From IMG/VR virus record IMGVR_UViG_3300042905_002653, positions 1 through 53,647 of that record: 53,647 bases of DNA; one strand, written 5' to 3'. Below are positions 34,925 to 44,401 of the stretch, piece by piece (the first letter of the stretch is position 1; each line of letters starts with the position of its first letter). This stretch comes from a virus (lineage: Duplodnaviria > Caudoviricetes). Below the pieces are notes generated by a model, which searched no databases, was not told where the DNA came from, and worked only from the letters and a program-made list of their open reading frames with translations. Made by a program: the position numbers and the translations under genes.

Positions 34925-37798
34925 TCATCGGCCCATCTCCTCGCGGAGCGCACGCTCGTAGTAGGCCTTGAGCTGGGCGAAGCTCTTGCCGCCTTGGCCG
35001 TAGTAGCTGGTGCCGGTGCGAGCGGTGGGGAAGGATGCCCACTCGGGTGCGAGGCGGTCGGCCACCTGAACGGTGAAGCCGCCGGGCAGGGATGGATCCA
35101 CGCCACGGTTCCGCACCAGCCGCACCGCTCCCATGTCCTGTCGCTCTGGCGTCATTGCGCCGCCGCCGACCAGCCTGCTGTTCCAGGTGGTGGAGAGGAA
35201 CTGGTAGGCCCCGGCGGCGTCGGAACTGAGTCCATTGCTGCTGTTGACAATCCGGGGGTGGCGGCTGAGATCGTTGAACTTCCGGCCGGTGAACATGGTG
35301 CGGTAGCCGTCCGGGCCATCGGTGCCCTCGGCAAACCGGATGGTGCGCAGCAGTGCCCTGGTCTGGGGCGGGAGGTTGCGTGCTGCGATGCCCGCTCCAC
35401 CACCGCCACCCCCTCGGGTCGCCACCCGCTGGCCGCCGCCCATCCCCACCGCTGACGGCAAAGGCCGCTGCTGTGCCGCCACTGCGGGCTGGGCACCCAG
35501 CAACATGTCCAGCAGCCAGCCGCCAGCGGCTGCAACTGGGCCGGGGGTGGGGTTGCCGCGCCGCGCCGCCGTGTTCTGCGCATTGCTGGCCGCGCCCTGG
35601 GCCTGGCGCCCGTCGCGCATCAGCCGCTGCCGTTCCTGTGGTGTCATTTCCATGCCGGGGTAGTAGTCGAGGTGGCGATTGATCAGCTGGCCCGGGGTGG
35701 TGCCGGCTTCGCGGGCGAAGCGCTGCAGCGCTGCGCTGGGCTGCTGGCCGCCCAGAATCCGGTTGCCCTCGTTCACCACCGACTGGGCATCGAGCACCGG
35801 CTGGTTGCGCCAGCTCTGCAGCAGCGCCCGCCTGTCGGGGATGTTGTCGAGCTGTGCGCTGGGGTAGACCTTGCCGGTGAATGGCTTGGTGCCAGGTGGC
35901 GGGCCGCTGCTCTGCTGCCCTGCTGCAGCGGGCTGGGCCGGGGCCCCCTGTGCGCCGGGGACGCCGCCGACACCGGGGAACAGGTACTGGCGGGCCGATG
36001 GCGCGCTCTTGCCGTACTCCTCCACCGCCCGGCTGGCCACCTGGGTCACCTCGGCCGGGGTGAGCGGGCGGCCCAGCTTGCCCTGCTCCTCTGCGATCCG
36101 GTTGTTGATGTGGGACTGGAAGGCGCTGAACTGCCGCCGTGCCGACTCGGCCACGTTGGCATCGGTCCACCCGGCCATCACGCTCTCGACGCTCACCCCG
36201 CGCAACGCGGCCTCGGTGACCGAGTTGGGGTAGGCGGCCCTGAGGTTGGCCTTGATCGACCGCTCGATCACCGCATTGGCCTGGGGTGCGGTGGGTGAGG
36301 CCTTCTGCTCGTTGTTGCGCCGGCGGATGGCGGCGTACTGGCGGCGCAGCTCGGCCTTCTTGTCGTCCGGGGCAGAGGCCAGGGCGGCCTCGAGCTCGGC
36401 ATCGGCCTGGTTGGGATCCCAGGCGGTGCCATAGCGGCCGTCCATGTCGAGCAGCAGCTGCTCGACCCCTTCAGTGCTGCGGCCCAGGTTGCGCACTGCG
36501 TCGATCGTGGCGCTGCTTTTCTGCTCCAGCTCCAGCTTCTCGAAGTTGCCCAGCCCCTTGTACTTGTCGCTGGCGCGCAGCTTCTCAATCTCCTGCAGCC
36601 GCTCCGGCCCATCTGGCAGCTCGTAGGTGAGCCGGGCCAGATCGTCTTGGTAGCCCCTGCTGAGCGCCTCCCGCTTGCGCTGCTCGCGCTTGTACTCGAC
36701 CTCCCCGTACTTGATCTCTTGATCAAGGAACACGTCCGGGAACATCATCCCCGCCAGCTGGCCGGGCTGACCATCGGGGCCGGGCGGGCCCACCCGCACA
36801 AAGGCCATGACCCGCTTCAGCTGACCCAGGCCAAAGGCCTCGGCCTGCGCCTGCACGTTGGCGATGACCTCCTGCGTCATCTGCGTCATCTGACCCGACA
36901 GCCCTGCCTCGTCCCTGATGCGCGACAGCACCAGCTGGAAGCGGCTCGCCAGCGCCTGCTCCCACGCCTTGGGGTCATCCTCCTGGCGAACGATCCGCTG
37001 GCGACCGTCGGGGTCGAACACCTCGATCTGCTTGAGGCTCACCGCTGCCTGGTAGATGCCCAGGATCTCGGCCGTTGCCGTCCGCGGGATGGTGCGGGTG
37101 AGGTAGTTATTGCGGTCCTGCCACTGGACATCGGTGATGCGATCCCAGGCCTGGTTGACCTCGGGCGCCACGAACTGCATGAAGCCCGGGGAGCTCTCAT
37201 CCACCCCGTACTTCTGGGCCACCTTGGTGACCTCGGCCGCCTTCCACCGCCCCAGCTCTGCTGCGCCCTCGGGTGTGCCCGGGTTGATCAGCACCAGATC
37301 GGAGTTGGCCCGGTAGGCATTGAGCAGGGAGGTGCGCATCTCGGCCCCGGCCAGCCGCGCCAGCGTCCGCTGCCGCCCCGCCTGCCGGAAGGGGTTGACC
37401 GTATCCATCGCCAGTGCAGCGATCGGGTCGGTCTGCGCCAGCTTGCGGTTCTCGGCGGCGTACTCGGCCCCCGACTGGGCCTGCTGCTCCTCCAGCAGGG
37501 CCTTGGCCCGCAGCGCTTCGTTCACGCCCCTCTGCACCTGGGCCTGGGCGTAGACCTGCAGGCCGGTTCCCATCAGCTGGGTCAGCTGCTGGTTGAACGG
37601 CGCCAGTGCCTGCGCCACCTGCTGGAAGCGGTTGATGCCCGGTGCATCGCCGCCGCTGCCCTGGTTGATCACATTGATCTGCTGCACCCGGGGGATCTCG
37701 ATCGGCCCCGCTGGCTCCGCGACATCCCGCCGTGCGGGCTGAATGAAGGTGCTCAGCGGCTGGGCCTGGGGTCTGATCTGGTTCTGGGGGAGTGCCAT
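34925..37798 (-). CDS. Internal virion protein (gp15-like) with C-terminal lambda-type lysozyme/transglycosylase
   Basis: ALLRTIRFAEGT, AAGAYQFLSTTW, QD, EWASFP, YGQ. Confidence 0.85.
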   Translation of the reverse strand: MALPQNQIRPQAQPLSTFIQPARRDVAEPAGPIEIPRVQQINVINQGSGGDAPGINRFQQVAQALAPFNQQLTQLMGTGLQVYAQAQVQRGVNEALRAKALLEEQQAQSGAEYAAENRKLAQTDPIAALAMDTVNPFRQAGRQRTLARLAGAEMRTSLLNAYRANSDLVLINPGTPEGAAELGRWKAAEVTKVAQKYGVDESSPGFMQFVAPEVNQAWDRITDVQWQDRNNYLTRTIPRTATAEILGIYQAAVSLKQIEVFDPDGRQRIVRQEDDPKAWEQALASRFQLVLSRIRDEAGLSGQMTQMTQEVIANVQAQAEAFGLGQLKRVMAFVRVGPPGPDGQPGQLAGMMFPDVFLDQEIKYGEVEYKREQRKREALSRGYQDDLARLTYELPDGPERLQEIEKLRASDKYKGLGNFEKLELEQKSSATIDAVRNLGRSTEGVEQLLLDMDGRYGTAWDPNQADAELEAALASAPDDKKAELRRQYAAIRRRNNEQKASPTAPQANAVIERSIKANLRAAYPNSVTEAALRGVSVESVMAGWTDANVAESARRQFSAFQSHINNRIAEEQGKLGRPLTPAEVTQVASRAVEEYGKSAPSARQYLFPGVGGVPGAQGAPAQPAAAGQQSSGPPPGTKPFTGKVYPSAQLDNIPDRRALLQSWRNQPVLDAQSVVNEGNRILGGQQPSAALQRFAREAGTTPGQLINRHLDYYPGMEMTPQERQRLMRDGRQAQGAASNAQNTAARRGNPTPGPVAAAGGWLLDMLLGAQPAVAAQQRPLPSAVGMGGGQRVATRGGGGGGAGIAARNLPPQTRALLRTIRFAEGTDGPDGYRTMFTGRKFNDLSRHPRIVNSSNGLSSDAAGAYQFLSTTWNSRLVGGGAMTPERQDMGAVRLVRNRGVDPSLPGGFTVQVADRLAPEWASFPTARTGTSYYGQGGKSFAQLKAYYERALREEMGR

Positions 37799-38607
37799 CA
37801 GATGTTGCTCAGGGTGCCGAAGGTGCTCAGCCCGGCCTGCACCCCGCCCATCAGGCCGGTGAGGCCATTGAGCACGCCAGCGCTACGGCTGGGGCCCGTG
37901 CCGGTGAAGGTGGGTGCCGCCGGCATCAGCAGCGTGGGCAGCGGCTGGAACGGCGCCATCGGCTCCAGGTACGGCTGCTGCTCGTAGAACTGCTGGCTGT
38001 TGTACTGGCTCAGGTACTGCGTCACCTGCGCGGTCTGGGCCCGGCTGAACTGCCTGTTGCGCAACCCCTCATTGATCTGCTGGATCGCGGCGAAGTCGCC
38101 CTGCTGCCGGGCGTAGTCGTTGATCAGCCGGTCGATGCTGCTCCCCTCCTGGCCGCTGGCCGCCACGGTGGACCGCGCCTTCAGCGCCGCCACCTGGTAC
38201 TGCTGGTAGGCCACGGCATCGGCCATCGAGGTCTCGACCAACTGCTGACTCAGCGCCTGCGACTGCAGCGCAAAGTCCGCGCCCGCTGCCGCCCTGGTCT
38301 GGCCCACCACCTCGGCCTGGGCGATTGCCCTGCTCAGCTCGAAGTTGCGCAGGCTGTTCACATAGGCCAGCTGCTGGTTGTGCGCCAGCGTTGCCTGCCA
38401 GTAGCTGTGCTGCTGGTTGGCGTCCGTCAGCCGCTGGTTGAAGCCCGCCTGCCACTGGGCGAATTGGGTGTTGGCATCCTGTTGAGCGCGCTGGTTCAGC
38501 CAGTCCTGCTGCGCTGCAGCCTGCTGCTGGCCGGCGCCGAACATCCCCAGCAGGGCGTTCGCCCCGCCCATCGCCAGGGAGCCGATCAGTGGGGTGATGA
38601 CAACCAT
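37798..38607 (-). CDS. Internal virion protein B (gp14-like)
   Basis: Q/A-rich with hydrophobic Gly-rich termini; synteny. Confidence 0.75.
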   Translation of the reverse strand: MVVITPLIGSLAMGGANALLGMFGAGQQQAAAQQDWLNQRAQQDANTQFAQWQAGFNQRLTDANQQHSYWQATLAHNQQLAYVNSLRNFELSRAIAQAEVVGQTRAAAGADFALQSQALSQQLVETSMADAVAYQQYQVAALKARSTVAASGQEGSSIDRLINDYARQQGDFAAIQQINEGLRNRQFSRAQTAQVTQYLSQYNSQQFYEQQPYLEPMAPFQPLPTLLMPAAPTFTGTGPSRSAGVLNGLTGLMGGVQAGLSTFGTLSNI

Positions 38608-39056
38608 CAGGCCCCCCTGCTGCAGCGGCAGAACAGCTCACTGCAGGGCCCCATTGGCATTGGTGTGGCCACGGCGAACCCCAGCGACTGCAGCCATCGC
38701 AGCGTGTGGGTGCGCTTGGCCAGCACCCAGTTGTGCAGCGGCCCGGCGCCATCAGCAATCAGGGCATCCACCCATTGCTTTGCACCCCTGATGAACTGCC
38801 GCTGATGGCTGGGCGTGGCCAGCAGCGCATCGGTGGCCAATAGCCAGATCACCCCGCCAGTTGCCACGCCGCACAATCCCACTGGCTCACCATCATCTCC
38901 CTCTATGCAACGGCAGTCAGCGGAGAATCGCCAGCTCTGCATTACGGCATCGCGGGGATTCATCCCATGGCTGCAGAACACCTCGATCGCATCCCCCTGG
39001 CGCAGGTTGCGGGCGACGTGCCGGGCCCTGCTTTCTGTCGGCGGCGCCCACCTCAT
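38607..39056 (-). CDS. gp13-like protein (acetyltransferase-like fold)
   Basis: NLRQGDAIEV, IWLLATD, LHNWV, RWLQSLGF. Confidence 0.8.
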   Translation of the reverse strand: MRWAPPTESRARHVARNLRQGDAIEVFCSHGMNPRDAVMQSWRFSADCRCIEGDDGEPVGLCGVATGGVIWLLATDALLATPSHQRQFIRGAKQWVDALIADGAGPLHNWVLAKRTHTLRWLQSLGFAVATPMPMGPCSELFCRCSRGA

Positions 39057-41548
39057 CGCGCCACCCTCGCCTTGCTGTGGGCCATCCCCACCCATTCGCA
39101 GGTGGCGAACTGGCACGGGTCCGGTCGATCACTGCGCAGCTCAACAATGCAGGCATCCCCGCGGGACTGGATCGGGATGGTGAACACCCCATCCAGGTAG
39201 CGCTGCGGGCTGGGCTCGGAGGCGGGGAACACCTCGGCGCCGTGTGTTGAGGCCTGCACCGCCAGCCCCTTGCCGGTGAAGGTGTAGACCGCTGCATCGC
39301 GGCGCTCGGCCATCACATGGGCCTGGAAATAGAGGGTGCCGTGGTAGCGGAGCTTGGCGTGCCGCACCTGCAGCCGCTCCACATTCCCCGGCACCCGGCC
39401 ATCGCCGGCATCGCGGTAGAGCTTGAACCGGGTAAAGCGGTAGAGGAACTGGTAGGCCTCGCCGAACCAGATCTCCTGGTTGCGCCAGTCGCCGCGGGCG
39501 GTGATGGTGTTGCCAGAGCTGGCTTCGCCCAGCAGGGTGCCGCCGCCCTGGGCCGGGTCGCGGCGCTGCACCGCCATCGTCCGGGCAGCCACCGTGTAGG
39601 GCAGCGTCCAGATGGTGCGGTCGGTGTCCGGGTCGTAGCTGCCGTTGGCCACGCGCAGCGGGTTGGGCGTGGCGCTGGTGGTGCTCACCATCCGGTCCAG
39701 CAGCGGCAGCGGCCGGCCGCCAGGCGTGCTGGTGCGGTCGGTGGCCGACATCTTCTCCAGCCACACCCCGTCGTCGTACTGGGCCAGGACATAGAGCACC
39801 TCTTGCACACACACGATCTGCAAGATGCGAGTGGCGCCGCTCAGCTCCCAGTGGCTCCAGCTGCTTTGCTCCCGCCGCACACCCTCGCCGGTGTTGCGGT
39901 TGAAATACTTGAACACATAGATCCGCTTGCGATAGCCCGGCTTTTCAGACACGGCAAACCACGAATAGCCAATGTCATTGGCCGTCATGCGGGTGACTTC
40001 GCTGGGGATGTAGCTGCTCACATAGGGCGTGAGATCGTTGGTGTCCGCTACCAGCGCGGTGCCGGCGCCGCGGATGCTGAACTCCTGGAACTGCGACCAG
40101 TCGGCATCTGCCTGGCAGAACACAATCGAGCCAGCTACCAGGATCGGCCGCACGTTTGAGTCGATCTCGTATTGCGTGAGCAGGGTGATCTGGGCCGTGG
40201 CGGGAGTCAGCGGCGCCCCTTGAGAGTTGAGCCGGAACTGGATCTGATCCGCAAAAACGATCAGCTCGTCCTGATACGGGACGGCGTACCGGAGCAGCGC
40301 CACCCGTGGGTTGGTTGCCGTCAGGTCGATCGGGTCCGTGTCGAGGACGGCGGTAGCGGTCTCGGGGAAGAACTCAAAGAAGTCCCTGGTGCGGCTGAGG
40401 ATGATGTTCTCGTCCGCCAGGAATCCCATCCGGTTCTTGTAAACGAAGATGTCTTGAATAGGGCGGCCGATGAATGACGGGTCGGGTGCTGACTCCAGAT
40501 CCCCTGCGGTCCTTTGCCCCCACTGGGGGATCTGCACGCCAGCAGTCGTCTGGCTATCGGCAGGACCAAACCAGAACGTGCCGCCCGGCCGCCGCACCAG
40601 CACATGGGGCATGGTGGCCGGGTCGATGCGGTACTGCAGCCCTGGAGCGATGGTTTCCTCCCAGGCGCCCTCGCCAAAGCCGCCCTGCCTGGGGACGAAC
40701 TGGACGTAGTAGTTGTCGAACTTGTTGCTGGGGTCCCCATCAACCTTGACCTGGTATCCCTGCGGCGCAATCGTCGGCAGCTCGCTGAACACCTGCACCG
40801 AGTTGAGGATCGCCGTGATGTCGGCATTGGCCCTGGCATCGGTGGCATCAACCGTGATCGGGTCATTGCTGCGGATCCACAGCACCGACCCGCGCCGGCT
40901 GATCGTCACCCCGGCCACCCCCAGCAGGGCGGTGCGCAGCTGGGCGGCGATGTCGTCGGCGCTGATCCGGTTCTCGGTGACAGTGGGCCCATCCACCACC
41001 ACCGGCTGGATGGCGGTCTGCACTGTCGCCGCGGTGCCGTTGAGATTCACCGTGTAGGTCTGGCCGTAGTTGGCCGCCTTCACCCACACCAGGCACTCGT
41101 GGGGGGAAGGCCGCGGCGTTGCCGGGGCGGTATCGGCAAGCATCGCCGGCAGCCGCTGGGTGTTGCTGATGAAGGTGAAGTCCGCGATCGTCGCCGCTCG
41201 CAGGTCGAGGCGTGCATTGGCGCCGCCGGCCAGGTAGCTGTAGCCATCGGGCGCCACCACGCTGCGCTCGATCCCGGTGAGCAGCTCGAACACCCTGATG
41301 CCGCTGCTGGCCAGCACCACCAGGTATTGCTCTGCCGCATCGCGCTGAATCAGGTGCAGGGCCGCATTGCCCAGCGGCTCGTTGGAGACCTTGGCGATCG
41401 CCTGCGTGCCCTCCCGCTTGCGCAGACCATCAGCCAGGGAGCTCATGGCATTGATCTGCACCTCGGCCTGGGTGGGATCGCGCAGCGCATCCGGCTGCTG
41501 GCTGATCCCCTGGATCAAATTGGGGATGATGTAGCTGACCAGGCTCAC
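39053..41548 (-). CDS. Tail tubular protein B (gp12)
   Basis: IPNLIQGISQQPD, PSFIG, YKNRMGFL, QSSWSHW. Confidence 0.95.
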   Translation of the reverse strand: MSLVSYIIPNLIQGISQQPDALRDPTQAEVQINAMSSLADGLRKREGTQAIAKVSNEPLGNAALHLIQRDAAEQYLVVLASSGIRVFELLTGIERSVVAPDGYSYLAGGANARLDLRAATIADFTFISNTQRLPAMLADTAPATPRPSPHECLVWVKAANYGQTYTVNLNGTAATVQTAIQPVVVDGPTVTENRISADDIAAQLRTALLGVAGVTISRRGSVLWIRSNDPITVDATDARANADITAILNSVQVFSELPTIAPQGYQVKVDGDPSNKFDNYYVQFVPRQGGFGEGAWEETIAPGLQYRIDPATMPHVLVRRPGGTFWFGPADSQTTAGVQIPQWGQRTAGDLESAPDPSFIGRPIQDIFVYKNRMGFLADENIILSRTRDFFEFFPETATAVLDTDPIDLTATNPRVALLRYAVPYQDELIVFADQIQFRLNSQGAPLTPATAQITLLTQYEIDSNVRPILVAGSIVFCQADADWSQFQEFSIRGAGTALVADTNDLTPYVSSYIPSEVTRMTANDIGYSWFAVSEKPGYRKRIYVFKYFNRNTGEGVRREQSSWSHWELSGATRILQIVCVQEVLYVLAQYDDGVWLEKMSATDRTSTPGGRPLPLLDRMVSTTSATPNPLRVANGSYDPDTDRTIWTLPYTVAARTMAVQRRDPAQGGGTLLGEASSGNTITARGDWRNQEIWFGEAYQFLYRFTRFKLYRDAGDGRVPGNVERLQVRHAKLRYHGTLYFQAHVMAERRDAAVYTFTGKGLAVQASTHGAEVFPASEPSPQRYLDGVFTIPIQSRGDACIVELRSDRPDPCQFATCEWVGMAHSKARVAR

Positions 41549-42186
41549 AGGAACACGCCTCCCAGCAGCCGATCGGTCAGGCCCTCAGCTGGCTGGAAGG
41601 TGGGGAACCGCCGCCGGCCGGTGATCATGTTCGGCGCCTCTTGGATGTTCTCCACCCGGAGCAGCTCGATCAGCGCCTGCTGCTCGTCCAGGGCGGTGTA
41701 CTGCACCCCGGCGGTGTCGCCGATGGTGCGTGCGCTGAACACCCGGGCGGCACGGATCAGGCTCCAGCGGTTGAAGGCCTCAGGGCACTCGTTCCACGGC
41801 AGCAGCCACACCACCTCCGCCCGCAGTTCGGCCACCGGGATCTGGTAGCTGCGGCTCTCCTTGTCGTAGACCCGCTGGCCCCGCAGCTGGTAGCGGTGCT
41901 GGAACTCGTACGGGTCCGGCTGCCAGCTGACGATGTTGGCCGGCACCGTGATCTCCCCGTTGGTGGCGCGGGTGAAGGGGTAGGCGCGCTCGCTGTTCCA
42001 GCTCCAGCCGCGGGTCTGCCCTTCCTTGTGCAGCTCCAGGATGGTGGCCTCGGCGGTGCGGGCCTCCAGTACCTGCTGATTCTCAAGGGTGCTCACCGGC
42101 TGTTCGCCGATGTTGATCAGCACCACGTTCACCGCATCCAGCAGGGTGGTGCGGCCAGGCGTGGCGCTCTGGTTTTCGACGCCCAT
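41545..42186 (-). CDS. Tail tubular protein A (gp11)
   Basis: LDAVNVVLINIGEQPV, GWSWNSE, RAARVF. Confidence 0.95.
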   Translation of the reverse strand: MGVENQSATPGRTTLLDAVNVVLINIGEQPVSTLENQQVLEARTAEATILELHKEGQTRGWSWNSERAYPFTRATNGEITVPANIVSWQPDPYEFQHRYQLRGQRVYDKESRSYQIPVAELRAEVVWLLPWNECPEAFNRWSLIRAARVFSARTIGDTAGVQYTALDEQQALIELLRVENIQEAPNMITGRRRFPTFQPAEGLTDRLLGGVFL

Positions 42187-42191
42187 CTGCT

Positions 42192-42205
42192 CTGCGGCGG
42201 TGCAG
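42192..42205. promoter_or_regulatory. Palindrome variant before tail tube A
   Basis: CTGCGGCGGTGCAG, 5 bp from the ATG. Confidence 0.65.
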
Positions 42206-42227
42206 CCCTCATGCTATCGGTGCCAAC

Positions 42228-42259
42228 AAAAAGGCCCCAGCGCGCCAAACGCTGGGGCC
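42228..42259 (-). terminator. T-phi-like terminator after the capsid gene
   Basis: GGCCCCAGCG-TTTGGCG-CGCTGGGGCC-TTTTTGTT. Confidence 0.85.
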
Positions 42260-42284
42260 CCATGACCTTTGCTCCAGTCAAAGA

Positions 42285-43319
42285 CTAGGGCACTTCGATT
42301 ACGGCTGCACCCTCAGCACGGAGGATCCCCATGCCGATGGCCATCCGGGCCACAAACAGCTGGCTCTGATACACCACGTTGTAGTCACCGCCAGGGGCAG
42401 TCATCTGCAGCTGCGGGCGCCGCAGGGTGAGGCAGCCGATGGCGTCCTTGTGGAAGATCAGCGCCCGGCACTTCGACAGGTTCTGCTGGTAGGCAGCGTT
42501 GCGGTCGAAGGTCGTGTTGGTGTAGGCCGCCTGGGTGACGTGGTTGGACCACATCACGGGGAGTCCCTTCACCCGGCCGATGGTGCCGCCGCCATAGGTG
42601 CCATTGGCCGACCCTTGGTTGAAGTCGGAGTTGATCACCTTGGAGCCTTCGTTCAGGAAGTCGTACTCGTCCGGGGGGACGACAACCACCATGTCCTCAA
42701 CGGGCACGTCCTTCTTCTGCATGGCGACTTTGATGTCGCCGATTACAGAAGCGAGCTCGTCACCTTTGGCCTGCTTCGAGGCAGTGGCATAGCCGGCGCT
42801 GAGGGTCCGGGCGGTGCCGGTGCGGCCGGCATTGCTGGCCTTGCTCAGCGGCTCGGTGGTGCGCTTGGCCGCGGCATAGAGCACCCGGGCAAGCCGGGCA
42901 TCCTTCTCGCGGGCCAGGGCCTCGCCCAGCTGGTACATCATGTCCTGCCGATACTGCACGTCCTCCATGAGGTCGTCCAGGTCGTAAACGGTGTCAGGTG
43001 CCACCAGCAGACCATCGAGATTGATGATCTCCTCGTTGCGATCCGACGGTGCGTTGCTGGGGTTGGGGTTGTTGGCGTCGGTGGGGACGTTGGTGATCGG
43101 CGTGCCGGGGGTGTGGTACCCAGCAATCCGACGACCGGTCACCTTGAACCGGGCAGAATGGCCGCCCCGGATGGAGCGCTCCTTCACCCGGCCGGTGAAA
43201 ACGGTCTTGCGATCGAAGGCGGTAAGCACCTCCGACATGCCCAGTTTCAGGAACAGGGCGTAGTTGTCTGCGGCGTTGCCTTTGATTTGGCCAAGCCGCG
43301 ATGGCGTGATAAGCGTCAC
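42285..43319 (-). CDS. Major capsid protein (gp10)
   Basis: ALFLKL..SEVLTAF, RSIRGGHSARF, LGEALA, GMGILRAE. Confidence 0.95.
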   Translation of the reverse strand: MTLITPSRLGQIKGNAADNYALFLKLGMSEVLTAFDRKTVFTGRVKERSIRGGHSARFKVTGRRIAGYHTPGTPITNVPTDANNPNPSNAPSDRNEEIINLDGLLVAPDTVYDLDDLMEDVQYRQDMMYQLGEALAREKDARLARVLYAAAKRTTEPLSKASNAGRTGTARTLSAGYATASKQAKGDELASVIGDIKVAMQKKDVPVEDMVVVVPPDEYDFLNEGSKVINSDFNQGSANGTYGGGTIGRVKGLPVMWSNHVTQAAYTNTTFDRNAAYQQNLSKCRALIFHKDAIGCLTLRRPQLQMTAPGGDYNVVYQSQLFVARMAIGMGILRAEGAAVIEVP

Positions 43320-43393
43320 TGCAGGGTTTGCGGTGAGCCTCTGCTATCCCCAGGCTTTTGCGATCAGGGTGTCGCCCTCGGGCGGCCTGTGCT

Positions 43394-43407
43394 CTGCATG
43401 AGTGCAG
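43394..43407. promoter_or_regulatory. Palindrome before the capsid gene
   Basis: CTGCATGAGTGCAG with an adjacent degenerate copy (TGAACTCATGCA). Confidence 0.7.
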
Positions 43408-43426
43408 ATGAACTCATGCACCCTTG

Positions 43427-44401
43427 CTACAGGAAGATTGGGGATCGTGCAAACTTGGCGTCGATGTATCGCCGGTATTTCTCGTCCACCAGGTAGCGCT
43501 GCTTGCCGCCCTTGGTGAGCACCGCCTTGGCCTCCAGCGCCTCCTCCTCGTTCTCGAACACATCCAGCGCTGGGGTGGCGTTGCCGCCGCTGGCCAGCAC
43601 CAGGTCGGGCTCCTTGTCGGCGCTGGCCGCCTTGTTCTGCAGCCACCGCACCGCCATTTCTGCGGCGGCCCGGCTGCCGGTGTTCACCGCATCGTTGTAG
43701 CTGGCCAGCTCGGCCTCGCTCAAGTTGGTGGCAGCCCACTGGCTGAGCTTGGCGAACTGCTGGTCGCCGCCCACCAGGGAACGGACGGCCGCGGCATCCT
43801 CATCGCTCAGGCCTGGGGCGGTGGTGTCGGCCGCGGCGGCAGGGCGGAAGGCGGCCTCGTAGCGCTCGATCAGCTGCGCAGGCAGGCCCAAGGCGCCGGC
43901 CAGCTTGTCGCGCATGGCGCTGGTGTCCTCGCCCTTCTGCACTGCGGCATCCCACAGCGCCAGGTCGATGCCCTCGCGCTCGGCTGCTGCCACCACGGTC
44001 TCCCCGTAATGGCCCACGGCGTCCTCGCGGGACAGCGGGGCCACCGGCTCAGGGTCAGCTGTCGAGGATTCCTCGGTAGCTGAATCGGCCCGCTGGCCCA
44101 GCTTTTGCTGCAGCGCCAGGTAGGCCTTCTCCAGTTCCTCGGGGCTCTTGAACTTCCCGGCCAGGGGGCGGGCCTCGCCGGCCGGCTCGTCGCCTTCGGC
44201 CTCCACCTCGTCGCCTTGGACAGTGAGGGTGGCGAAGTCAGGTTGTGCCGCAGGCGCCGGTGGCTGGATGGTGCCGCTGGCCAGCGCAGCGTCCTCCTCG
44301 GCGATCTCCTGCAGGAACCCGGCCAGTGCGTCCTTGTCGTAGCCGGGGCCGGCCAGCGCCATTTGCTCGGGCGTGATGTCCATGGTGGGGGTGGTGGTCA
44401 T
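43427..44401 (-). CDS. Capsid scaffolding protein (gp9)
   Basis: LAGKFKSPEELEKAY, VGGDQQF..WA..NL, RY..D..YR. Confidence 0.9.
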   Translation of the reverse strand: MTTTPTMDITPEQMALAGPGYDKDALAGFLQEIAEEDAALASGTIQPPAPAAQPDFATLTVQGDEVEAEGDEPAGEARPLAGKFKSPEELEKAYLALQQKLGQRADSATEESSTADPEPVAPLSREDAVGHYGETVVAAAEREGIDLALWDAAVQKGEDTSAMRDKLAGALGLPAQLIERYEAAFRPAAAADTTAPGLSDEDAAAVRSLVGGDQQFAKLSQWAATNLSEAELASYNDAVNTGSRAAAEMAVRWLQNKAASADKEPDLVLASGGNATPALDVFENEEEALEAKAVLTKGGKQRYLVDEKYRRYIDAKFARSPIFL

